A program made the translations under genes and the position numbers. The notes under the pieces were generated by a model. That model was given only the letters and a program-made list of their open reading frames with translations. It was not told where the DNA came from and searched no databases. A DNA stretch of 64,000 nt from a virus (Duplodnaviria; Caudoviricetes), in IMG/VR virus record IMGVR_UViG_645058824_000001, positions 1 through 64,000 of that record; one strand, 5' to 3'. Positions 7,958 through 17,400 of the stretch are shown in pieces (position 1 is the stretch's first letter; each line of letters starts with the position of its first letter).

Positions 7958-8320
7958 TCAGACTCCAGTTCGGTTGTACTCGTCCACCAGAGGATGCGCG
8001 GGCTCTGGCTCGATCCCGGCCCGGTGCATCTGGCGGGCCCACCGGTCCGTCGTCCAGGCAAACGCGCGCACGATCTGTTCCAGGCGCGACATCTTCCCCC
8101 TCAGCTGCCCGTTCTCCTCATCCACGCGCTTCACGGTCGCTTCGAGGACCGCGAAGTTCGCGGCCTGCTGGGCAGGCGCGGCGTTCGCTCGGGCCGCTGC
8201 TTCGGTCGCTGCTGCGGTAGCCCTGGCCGCGTCTCGGGTAGCGCGGGAGATCCACCAGCTGCCTCCGCCGAGAACGCTTCCAGCGGCTCCGATGATGCCC
8301 GCCCACTCGGCCACGTTCAT
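7958..8320 (-). CDS. single-TM plus coiled-coil lysis-cassette membrane protein
   Basis: N-terminal TM, then heptad region LEATVKRVDEENGQLRGKMSRLEQIV; overlaps the upstream stop. Confidence 0.7.
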   Translation of the reverse strand: MNVAEWAGIIGAAGSVLGGGSWWISRATRDAARATAAATEAAARANAAPAQQAANFAVLEATVKRVDEENGQLRGKMSRLEQIVRAFAWTTDRWARQMHRAGIEPEPAHPLVDEYNRTGV

Positions 8321-8757
8321 GGCGCCTTGCCTCTCCGGGGCCGCGGAGCTGGGGGGACCGAGTATTCGGGCACCGTGGCCGCCCAACATATGACCCCGAT
8401 GTGCGAGGTGAGATACCAGATCGCGACGAAGCCGCCGCGGGAATACTCGCCGGTTAAGACGGCGTATGCGTAGGCGATTGCCCACACTGCGGGGGGAGTC
8501 AGGGCCGCACGGAAGCCGAGCTTGTCACGGCCGATCTGGAGGAACGCGGAGAACCCGGTGATGAGCCCGGCGGTGATCCACAGCCATGCCCAGTGGCGGA
8601 GTCCGCAGAACTGGGTGAGGAGTTCCAGGCCGTTGTCGGGGGGTGGGTCGACGAGGAACGACACGCCCCAGCAGGTTTTGCCGACGCCCAGGATCAGCAG
8701 GAAGACGCCGCGGCGGCCCAGGGCCTTGTACAGCCGCCGGGCCGCACGGCACCGCAT
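8317..8757 (-). CDS. multi-TM (about 4) lysis-cassette membrane protein; contains a TTA codon
   Basis: Hydrophobic segments; ATG overlaps the holin stop; TTA at 8455-8457. Confidence 0.72.
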   Translation of the reverse strand: MRCRAARRLYKALGRRGVFLLILGVGKTCWGVSFLVDPPPDNGLELLTQFCGLRHWAWLWITAGLITGFSAFLQIGRDKLGFRAALTPPAVWAIAYAYAVLTGEYSRGGFVAIWYLTSHIGVICWAATVPEYSVPPAPRPRRGKAP

Positions 8758-9122
8758 CAGACCGCCCGGGGCGGCTCGGCCGTGGCCGGCGCGGACGGGG
8801 CGGTCGGCGTGACCTGCACCCGGGTCAGCAGCGTGAGCAGCGCGAGGACGACGGTGTTGATGGCGCCGACGGTCTCCTGGCTGACCTCGTAGCCGAACGT
8901 GCCGACCAGGACGGCGCCAGCGGCGACGACGGTGGTGAACGCCTGCGGGGCGATCGGTCGGGTCATGGCGGCGGCGATCGCGCCGAGGATCGCGGTGGCG
9001 ATACCGACGATGGCGCCGGCCATCTCCGCGGACAGCGGCGTCACGCCGAGGGAGACGACGAGGCCGAGGACCGCGGCGAGGGTGTTCAGAACGACGACCG
9101 GTTCTCTGCCGAAGATCTTCAT
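8757..9122 (-). CDS. holin-like membrane protein
   Basis: MKIFGREPVV start typical of actinophage holins; multiple TMs; directly after the endolysin. Confidence 0.75.
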   Translation of the reverse strand: MKIFGREPVVVLNTLAAVLGLVVSLGVTPLSAEMAGAIVGIATAILGAIAAAMTRPIAPQAFTTVVAAGAVLVGTFGYEVSQETVGAINTVVLALLTLLTRVQVTPTAPSAPATAEPPRAV

Positions 9123-9125
9123 GGG

Positions 9126-10220
9126 TCAGGCTCCCTTGGTGACGGCCGCGCGGAGCTGCGCGACCTCGGTGCGCAGCGCTTCGAGCTGCTTGAGGATGGC
9201 GTCGGTGTTCTCGGCGGCGCGCCTGCTGTGGGCGTAGCCGGAGCCGAGGGCCGTGTTCACGGCGATCTTTCCGTCTTGGAGGCCCTTGTCGGCGGGCCAC
9301 TGCTTCTTCACCCAGTCGCCGATGGTGACCTGGTCGCTGAGCTTCATGTCGCTCTCCGTGGGAGTGGTGGGCGGCTTCGACGGCGCGGGCGCGCTGGCGG
9401 CCTTGGGGATGGTGAGCTTCTGGCCGGGGGTGATCCGGTACGGGCTCGTGATCCTGTTGGCCGTGGCGATGTCGGGCCAGGGCACGCCCAGCGCGTCCCC
9501 GATGCGGGACAGGGTGTCGCCGGACTTCACGGTGTAGGTGCCGCCCGCCGCGGGCTTCTCGTCGCCCTTGGCGAGTTGGATGACGCGGGCGAAGTTCATA
9601 GCCCCGGGGTCGCCGTGGTCGTTTTCGGGGACGTGCTGGTGTCCGCACCAGCCCTTGAAGGTGCGCCACTGGGCGAAGGTCATGCGGGCTGGGTTCGCGC
9701 CGTAGGAGGCGGGGGTGACGCCGGGGCGGCGGGAGTCCTTGCCGTAGGCGAGCCAGTCCTTCACGCAGGTGAGCGGGATGCCGTGGTGCTGGTTGAGCCA
9801 GCGCACCAGCCAGGCGACCTCGGCGAGCGCCCAGTCCGGGGCGGTCGGCCAGTGCAGGTAGTCAACACCCGCGCGCTTCCCGGACCACGTCTTGGCGTAC
9901 TTGTCGTCGCACGTGCCGACGAGCTCGATCTGGAAGACGTTCGCCGTGTTGGTCTCCACCTCGCCGAGCTTGTTGGCGAGGGCGCGGGCGGACTCGTCCA
10001 CGTCGAAGTGCTGGTACCAGCGGATCGTGCGGTCCTTGATGTTGGGCACGCCCGTCACGGTCGGGGCCATGGAGCCGCCGTTGTACGAGGGGAGGTTCAT
10101 GCCCTCGGTGGTGTGGACGACGCCGCAGTTGACTTCCATGTCGGAGCCGGAGTAGCGGCCGGTGCCGTAGAAGTAGGCCTGCGAGGCTCCGGGGATCTTC
10201 TGGGGCCCAGTCTTGGACAT
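9126..10220 (-). CDS. endolysin: Zn amidase + LysM domain
   Basis: VVHTTEG ... GHQHVPENDHGDPG amidase motifs; LysM YTVKSGDTLSRIG...ITPGQKLTIP. Confidence 0.92.
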   Translation of the reverse strand: MSKTGPQKIPGASQAYFYGTGRYSGSDMEVNCGVVHTTEGMNLPSYNGGSMAPTVTGVPNIKDRTIRWYQHFDVDESARALANKLGEVETNTANVFQIELVGTCDDKYAKTWSGKRAGVDYLHWPTAPDWALAEVAWLVRWLNQHHGIPLTCVKDWLAYGKDSRRPGVTPASYGANPARMTFAQWRTFKGWCGHQHVPENDHGDPGAMNFARVIQLAKGDEKPAAGGTYTVKSGDTLSRIGDALGVPWPDIATANRITSPYRITPGQKLTIPKAASAPAPSKPPTTPTESDMKLSDQVTIGDWVKKQWPADKGLQDGKIAVNTALGSGYAHSRRAAENTDAILKQLEALRTEVAQLRAAVTKGA

Positions 10221-10241
10221 GATCCCCCCTTTCTGGGCTGG

Positions 10242-10829
10242 TCAGGTGGTGCGGAGGAAGGTGATGTGGAAGCGGAGGTTGGTGCCGCCGTCGATGTCGT
10301 CGTTGGCGGTGCGGAGGGTGACGATGCCGTCGGTCCCGATCACGAATCCGCCGTGGACGATCCCGTTGTCCCAGCAGCCGGTGATGGTGCTGTGAGTCGG
10401 CCGCCACGCCGACGGCACGGTCGCCGCGACCAGGTCGGGCAAGTTGCCGTTGACCAGGGCGAGCTTGCCGCCGGTGCGGGTCAGATACAGGTCGATGCTG
10501 ACGACCTTGCCCTGCCGATGCCCGAAGAAGTCGAGGACGCTGAACCCGGCCGCTGCGGACAGGCCTGTGGTGCTGGTGACCAGCGACGGCTCCGGCGTCA
10601 CCCAGGCGCTGCCGTTGTAGATGTCGAGGCGGTTGGCGTCCTTCAGCCAGGTCGCCATGCCCTCCTCGGGAGCGGTGAGAGTCGCGCCTCGCTGCGAGGC
10701 GGACGCAAACCACATCAGGGTGTGGGGGATGATCCCGTCGGCGAGTGCCTGCGCGGCGCCGGGGATCGACGGCGGGTCCGTCATCTGCCAGACCTGGACG
10801 TTCTGGCCGTACTTGTCGGGCGCGGTCAC
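10242..10829 (-). CDS. minor tail / tail-tip protein
   Basis: Last gene of the tail module; beta-rich C-terminus. Confidence 0.65.
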   Translation of the reverse strand: MTAPDKYGQNVQVWQMTDPPSIPGAAQALADGIIPHTLMWFASASQRGATLTAPEEGMATWLKDANRLDIYNGSAWVTPEPSLVTSTTGLSAAAGFSVLDFFGHRQGKVVSIDLYLTRTGGKLALVNGNLPDLVAATVPSAWRPTHSTITGCWDNGIVHGGFVIGTDGIVTLRTANDDIDGGTNLRFHITFLRTT

Positions 10830-10840
10830 GGGCCCCCCTC

Positions 10841-11110
10841 TCAGGTCGCGAGTTTGCCGAGGACGGCCCAGTTGCCGTCGCCGAAGTCAGCGAGAACCAC
10901 GAGGTCGCCGACAGTCGGGGTGGTGTAGGAAGTGAGGCGGCGGACCTCCATGTCGCCGTCGACTTCGACCAGGCCGGCGCCGGGGGCGGCGGTGACGGTG
11001 GCGAGCATCAGGCGGGATCCGCGCACGCTGACCGTGTTCTCGCCTGTGCGTTGTGCTTGCCGCTTCAGGGCGGCGGCGAGGGTGCGGTTCACGGAGTGCC
11101 CGGATTTCAC
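10841..11110 (-). CDS. small tail-tip protein (OB-fold-like)
   Basis: LATVTA...VEVDG...LTSYTTPTVGDLVVL...WAVLG; GTG overlaps the upstream stop. Confidence 0.65.
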   Translation of the reverse strand: MKSGHSVNRTLAAALKRQAQRTGENTVSVRGSRLMLATVTAAPGAGLVEVDGDMEVRRLTSYTTPTVGDLVVLADFGDGNWAVLGKLAT

Positions 11111-12201
11111 GCGTCCTCCTTCGCCGAGATCGTCGAGATCGGGAAGTCGCCGCCCAGGTCGAGAGGTACGGAGAACGACGCGACTTGGTGGAGTTCGCGG
11201 GTGCCATCCTCGTGGACGACCCGGATCACGTCGCCCGGCTCCAGAGCGGGGTTGGGCAGGCTGGAGATGTCGCCGGACGCGTTCGGCGCCCTCGCCTCGA
11301 CGAGCTTCAGTTGGGCTGCCCGCAGGCAGGCCGCGTTCGTGATGAGCGTGGACGAGCTGTAGAACAGAGGCCGTCGCCCGTAGGGGCCGCCCCAGTAGGT
11401 GGGCGAGTTCGGGTCGTTGTCGACGACCAGCGCGGACACGGGCGGGATGCCGTCGCTGCTGTTCTCTCCGCGGGCGAGGACGCCGTTGTGGACGCCGTCG
11501 CTGCTCATGGCCCGGTTGCCGGAGATGTACACGCCGCCTTCGGTTGCCTCCACCGCCCACACGGGCGTGACGGTGGCGAGGTCGGGCAGCGTGCTGATCG
11601 CGAACTCGCCGTCCGGGGTGGCGTAGACCTCGGCGCCGGCGGCGGCGGCGATCTCCTGGCAGCCCGCCCACGGGTCGCCTTCGATATCGAACCAGCGGCT
11701 TCCGATGGGCTGGTCGGTGATGAGGCTGGTGATGGTGGCGTCGGGCAGGCTGCGGCGGATCAGGGCGCTGATGGCGGAGACGACCGTGCCGGACGCCCGG
11801 TAGCGCGTGGTGAACTTGTCATCCGCGACGACCGCGGACAGGTCTTTGCCCTGCAGGGTGACTGGGCCTTCGGAGACGTCGCCGTCGACGGAGTCGAGAC
11901 GGAAAACGCCGAGCGGCACCAGTTCGGGGTGGCTGCCGTCGCCGTAGTCGACGCCGCGGGAGATCCGCAGCCGCGCCCCGTACACGGCGAGCTGGTCCGA
12001 TGGTGTGCGCGGGATCAGGGCCGGGTCGGGGACGGTGACCGTGCAGGTGCGGCGGATCGCCTGCCCGCGGTCCACCGTCACCGATCCGCCCGTGTGCTCC
12101 AGTTCTTTGACCTCGCCCGTCGTCAGCATCAGCTGCACGCGCGTGACCGGCGTGTGTGACTCGGCGAGCCGGTCCAGGAACCGCTCGGAGACGGGGTACA
12201 C
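11107..12201 (-). CDS. minor tail hub protein (DUF5047-like)
   Basis: GGSVTVDRGQAIRRTCTVTV, LVPLGVFRL, PNPALEPGDVI. Confidence 0.8.
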   Translation of the reverse strand: MYPVSERFLDRLAESHTPVTRVQLMLTTGEVKELEHTGGSVTVDRGQAIRRTCTVTVPDPALIPRTPSDQLAVYGARLRISRGVDYGDGSHPELVPLGVFRLDSVDGDVSEGPVTLQGKDLSAVVADDKFTTRYRASGTVVSAISALIRRSLPDATITSLITDQPIGSRWFDIEGDPWAGCQEIAAAAGAEVYATPDGEFAISTLPDLATVTPVWAVEATEGGVYISGNRAMSSDGVHNGVLARGENSSDGIPPVSALVVDNDPNSPTYWGGPYGRRPLFYSSSTLITNAACLRAAQLKLVEARAPNASGDISSLPNPALEPGDVIRVVHEDGTRELHQVASFSVPLDLGGDFPISTISAKEDA

Positions 12202-12205
12202 GGCA

Positions 12206-14434
12206 TCACCCCCGGCGGTCGAGCAGGAGATCCTCGCTCGTGTCGTACACGTCCAGCAGGTCCGCACAGGTAGCGAACTCGGTGAGCACGTCCTGGCAGG
12301 TGCGGCCTGCCGCGCCGTTGACGCCGACCGTGACGGGCATGTCCTGCTCCACCAGTGGCAGCGTCCACGTCCGCCACTGCTCTTGCGCGAGCCGGCCGAG
12401 GCGGGCTTCCGGGACCTGCCCGACGGCGACGTACATGTCGTCGACGCCCATGCCGGGTGCGGCTTGCCACAGCAGCAGGTTGCCGGAGTCGAGGAGCAGG
12501 TGCAGGGCCTGGCGTTCTTCGTCGGAGCGGGTCGCGATGGCGAGGTCGCCTTCGAGACCTTGCCGCCTGCCGCTGAAGATGACCTTGTTGCGTCGTCCGC
12601 GGACCACGTGGCTGGACTGTTCGATGGGCCGCTGCCAGTCCGGGGCTTTCTCGACCACCACCCGCATGTTGCGCTGCGGGTTCGCCGGGTCCTTCAGCCA
12701 GGCTTCGTTGATGTCGTCGAGGGTGAGCGTGACCGTGCCGGAGGAGCGTGTCGACAAGCTGCCACTCGGGCTGTAGATCGCGATGTGGTAGCTGACGGGC
12801 GTGCCCATCGGCGCTTCATGGTCCTCGACGATGAGGATGTCCGAGACGATGGTCTGCCGGTCGATCAGCCCTGACGTGCCGCGCACCAGTCTCCGCGCGC
12901 CGTCCGCGCCGACCCGGTACACGCTGATCGTGTAGTCCAGCGGCAACTCCCGCAGGGTGAGCGTCGTGTAGCCACGCTCGGAGTCCGCGGTCACGGCGGT
13001 GAGCGGCAGCACCTCCCACAGGGCAACCCGGTCGACGTGCAGCACGCTGTTGGCGGCGGTTGCGGTCGGCAGGATCTCGACCGCTGCCTGCGTCGCCCCG
13101 GCGGGTGCCGTCTGGTCGGACTGCAGCGCGTACCAGGACGTGCCCGGCAGGCCGTAGGCGACACCACCCGCGACGCCCAGGCTGGCGTTCGCGGCGTCGT
13201 ACCAGCGGACCCGCACCGTGACCGTCGACCAGGTGCCAGCCGCCGGATGCACCACTATCTGCGCCCGCCAGTTCACGCCCTCCCTCACCGGGAACCGCCC
13301 GGACCGGATCGTCGACGTGGTGGCGGTGGTGGAGGTGACGGTCAGCGAGTAGGAGCCCTCGAACGCCGACAGCCCCCACGGGGTGGTGCGGGCGATCGTC
13401 GCCACCCCCGAGGCGACCGACCAGCCAGCGAGCCCCTGCTCGAAGGACGCGTCGGCGTAGGGCAGGACGCTCCCGGCCTGGATCTCGGGCGCGGCCATGA
13501 TGACTATCGTCTCCAGCCGCAGCACCTGCCCGGCCGACGCCCCGTCGAGGCCCGCGGCGAGCGAGCAGGTGGCGGCGTTCGCGGGTGCGGTGGCGGAGAC
13601 CCGCTGCCGGTACATGCCGGTCGCCGGGGTCGGCGGCGCCAGCACGCTGCGGGTGGCGGAGATCTGGTTGCCGTTGGCGTCGTAAAACCGCAGCTCGATC
13701 CACGCGACCGCTGCGACGGTCGGCGGCTGCAGGTAGGCGTAGGCGAGGTACTCGCGGCCCGGGGCGACCGTCGGCCGGTCCACGGACAAGATCGACGCGT
13801 TGCCCGCGGCCTGTGCCGTCATGGCCAGGGCGTGGCCGCCCGCGGTGTAGTTGGTGGCCGCCCACGCGACGACCGGCACCTGGCGGGACACGGTGGCGTT
13901 GACGACGGGCGTCCACCCGGACGCGTCCAGCTCGGAGGATTCCGTGTTGAAGGGGAGCAAGTTGCCGAGCGTCCTGATCGGCAGGCCGAGGTAGACGTTC
14001 TCCCAGAAATGGTTGACGCCCACCCCGGCCGCCGTCGACGACAGCAACACCTGTGCCTGCGTTGCCCCCGCCGGAGCGGCGGCGGCCACCGACACGCGAT
14101 GCCACGCCGCCGCCGCGGTCATCGTGGGCAGCGACCACGACACCGACAGCTCGGTCGAGCCGGCCATCCAGCGGATCCCGATCCGCTCCTGCGTCGACGA
14201 CGCGCCCGAAGCGTCAGCGAAGCAGTAGTAGACGGTGCCTGCGGTGACGGGGTAGGAGGAGACGGTGCGGGCCTGCACCTCCCCCGCCTCGACGCTCTTG
14301 GCGAGCAGGCAGCCGTCCCCGTTCCGGCCACCCACACCTTTGCTGAGCGTGGCGTTGAGCTTGGCCGTCCACCCGGAGGTGTTCGGATCGACCATCTCGG
14401 TTGTCGGGCTGAGGAGGTTCCCGGGGATCGGCAT
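12206..14434 (-). CDS. distal tail protein with repeated carbohydrate-binding modules
   Basis: Repeats NLL..x..W / ASFEQG.AGW and WYDA.G...TAPAGAT.A; follows the tape measure. Confidence 0.78.
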   Translation of the reverse strand: MPIPGNLLSPTTEMVDPNTSGWTAKLNATLSKGVGGRNGDGCLLAKSVEAGEVQARTVSSYPVTAGTVYYCFADASGASSTQERIGIRWMAGSTELSVSWSLPTMTAAAAWHRVSVAAAAPAGATQAQVLLSSTAAGVGVNHFWENVYLGLPIRTLGNLLPFNTESSELDASGWTPVVNATVSRQVPVVAWAATNYTAGGHALAMTAQAAGNASILSVDRPTVAPGREYLAYAYLQPPTVAAVAWIELRFYDANGNQISATRSVLAPPTPATGMYRQRVSATAPANAATCSLAAGLDGASAGQVLRLETIVIMAAPEIQAGSVLPYADASFEQGLAGWSVASGVATIARTTPWGLSAFEGSYSLTVTSTTATTSTIRSGRFPVREGVNWRAQIVVHPAAGTWSTVTVRVRWYDAANASLGVAGGVAYGLPGTSWYALQSDQTAPAGATQAAVEILPTATAANSVLHVDRVALWEVLPLTAVTADSERGYTTLTLRELPLDYTISVYRVGADGARRLVRGTSGLIDRQTIVSDILIVEDHEAPMGTPVSYHIAIYSPSGSLSTRSSGTVTLTLDDINEAWLKDPANPQRNMRVVVEKAPDWQRPIEQSSHVVRGRRNKVIFSGRRQGLEGDLAIATRSDEERQALHLLLDSGNLLLWQAAPGMGVDDMYVAVGQVPEARLGRLAQEQWRTWTLPLVEQDMPVTVGVNGAAGRTCQDVLTEFATCADLLDVYDTSEDLLLDRRG

Positions 14435-14444
14435 AGAGACCTCC

Positions 14445-17400
14445 TCAGCTCGAGTTGAGTACCTGGATCAGCTGCTGCTGCCCCTGTTGCATGACTGCTG
14501 TGGCCTCGCCTCGGACCCTCCCGAGGAACTCCCCGGAGTCGAGGAACAGATCGCCCTCGAAACGAGCCGGCCCACCGGAAACACCCCGTGCCGCCAGCGA
14601 CGTCAGCGCGTTGGCCTGCGACGTCGTGAACACCGGCTCCGGCCGACCCGTGCCGTTGTAGGCCAAGTTCAGGCCCGGCTGCAGGTAGCCGCCCGAGTCG
14701 TACTTGCCGGGCATGAACCCGTACCAGTCGGTGAACATGCGGTCGTTGTAGCCACGGGCCCGGGAACCGACGACGACACCATCACCACCGCGGGACTCAA
14801 CGTTCGTCTTGCCGAGGGTGCCCGCCGTGTGCCCGACGCCGGCATTGGTGATGCCGACGCGGAAGGCGGACTTGCCGTTCTTCACCCAGCCGGGCGGGGC
14901 GGTCTTGCCCTGGAACGCCATCGTCGCCCAGCGCCTGTGCGGCTTCTGGCCTCGGATGACGCTCTCAATGGCGCTCATGAAACCGCTACAGTCCCACGAG
15001 GGGTTGCCGTTGCCGGCCCACTGGTAGGGCTTGCCGTGCTGGGTCTTCGCCCACTTGAGTGCGGCGGCGATCCGGGGCCCGCCGATGCCTCCGGCGCCCC
15101 TCTTGTCTGCCTCCTTCGTGTAGCCGAAGAGTGCGTCGAGGATCCGGTCGGGGATCTTGCGGATCATGCGGCCGAACGAGGTGTCCATGCCGGGGAACTT
15201 GGCCAACAACGGGTCGACGACGTGCTTGACGCCCGCCCTCGCGCTCGCTTCAAGGCCGTCCTTCAGCCAGGAAGCACCCTCCTTAATCTTGTTCCAGGCT
15301 GCAGAGCCGGCACCGACCGCGTCCGACGCCTTGTCCTTGATCCAGCCGAAGATGCCGCCGTCCGCAAACGACTGGACCACGCCGCCGCTGGAGTAACGGA
15401 GGGACGTGTCCGTCGGCGTGCGCGGATTCCCCGCGAACACGGGCGCCAGGGCCGCCTTCACGCCCTGGGAGCCACGGGATCGGGCGACCTTGTTCATCGT
15501 GTTGACGAACCCGGAGCCGACCGCGCGGGTCCACTCCGGCCGCATGATGGCCTCGCCGCCGCTGAGCTCGAGCCGCCCGCCAGTCGGGGACACGAAGCGG
15601 TGCACGTCCCGGCCCGGCGTGTAGCCAGGCATGATGCCGCCGGACGCGAACTTGTACTTCTCCAACTTCGGCGCCCCAAAGGCACCCGCGACCTTGTTCC
15701 AAACTGCGACGATGCCCTTGTTGTAGACGGTGTCGACAACGAACTGGATAGGCTTCTTCGCGACGTCCTTGACCTTGTCCCAGGCGGTCTTGATGTTCTC
15801 GACCGCCGTGTCGAAGGTCCCCTTCAGGCTGCGGATGATGCGCTTCCAGCCGTCGAAGATGGGCTTGATGCCCTTCTCCCACGCCCACTTCCCTGCGGCG
15901 ACGATCCCGTCCCACGCGGGCTTGATGGCCTTCTGCCACAACCACTTGCCCCAGCCGCCGACCGTCTTCAGACCGTCGACGAAGGCACGGAAGATCGGAC
16001 GGAGAACGTTGTTCCACATCCACTTCGCACCGGCCTGAATCCCGTTCCAGGCCGGTTTGATGGCGTTGTTCCACAGCCATTTCGCCTTGTCGCCGATCCA
16101 CTGGAAGGCAGGCTTGAAGGCGTTGTTCCACAGCCACATCGCTGCTGCGGCGATCGCGTCAAACGCGGGCTTGATCGCATTGTTCCAGAGCCATTTGGCG
16201 ATCCAGCCGATCAGCTTGAAGGCGGCGTACAGCGGCAGGAAGACGATCGTGACCAGGGCAGTCAGGAGGATCTTCCCGAGGAAGACGATTCCGTTGAACG
16301 CTGGTTTGATCGCGTTGTTCCACAGCCACATCGCCCACCGGCCGACAGTCTGCAAGGCCGCCGAGATGCCGTTGAATGCGGGCTTCAGGGCGTTGTTCCA
16401 GAGCCACATGGCCCCGGCTTGGATCGCGGCCCACACTGCCTGCACGGCGTCCCGGAACCATGAGAAGCGCCTGTACAGGTAGATGACCGCCAGCACGACA
16501 CCCGCGATGGCGAGGGCGATCCAACCCCACGGGCCGGCCATCGAGATGAGATTGAACGCGGCCATCGCCCCGCTCGCGAGGAACAGAGCTATACGCCATA
16601 GACGGGTGACGACGAGCAGCCCCCACAGGCCGAGGACGACCTCGGGCAGGTAGGTGGCGATGTGACTCAGCCCTTCGGCGAACTTGCCGATCAGCTCCAG
16701 GAGCGGCTTCGAGACGGGCTTCAGGGCCTGCCCGATGTCCATCAGCGCGGTGCCGATCTTGCCGAAGGTGTCGGCGAGGACCGGCCCCATCTCCGAGCTG
16801 TACGACAGGAACCGCTCAAACTCCGGGGAGCCCTTCAGGGACGTGCCCCAGTTCGCGAAGCGGCCCGTGATGTCCTGCATCCGCTGGGAGATCGAATCCA
16901 TGTGCGGGAAGAAAGCCTGAACAACACCAGCCATGCCCTTGAAGATGTTCCCGAAGGACACGCCCAGGCCCTCGATGGCGGGCTTGATGGAGCCCTCGAG
17001 ATCCTGCTTGAACTCCTTCCACCACGGCGACTTGAAGCCCGCGCTGGCCCGGTCCTGGAGGCCCTTGATGGCGTCCGCGGCCTCCAGCACGAACGGCGTC
17101 AGCCCCGGCAGGCTGTTCTTCAACCCGTTCAGCGCCCGGGTGAAAATGGGCATGACGGCGGGCTGCAGGCTCTTGGACCAGGCGCCGAACGCGTCCCGCA
17201 GCCCCGTGTAGGCGGCCATCGTCTCCCGCGCCGCCGGGGTGAGCTTCGCGAGCTCTGCCTGGTACTTCTGCTGTGCGAGGGCAGCCTGATCCACGCCCCC
17301 GGCCGCCGAGAGCGACGCGGAGGCAATCTGACGCTGTGCCGATGCGATCGAGTCCGCGGCCGACTGCTGCGCCTGCGCAAGCTGCTCCTGCGCACGAGCA

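Noticed and set aside
10242-14434. Diversity-generating retroelement or invertible tail-fibre segment
   Set aside because: No reverse transcriptase, no TR/VR pair and no inverted repeats flanking tail genes were seen
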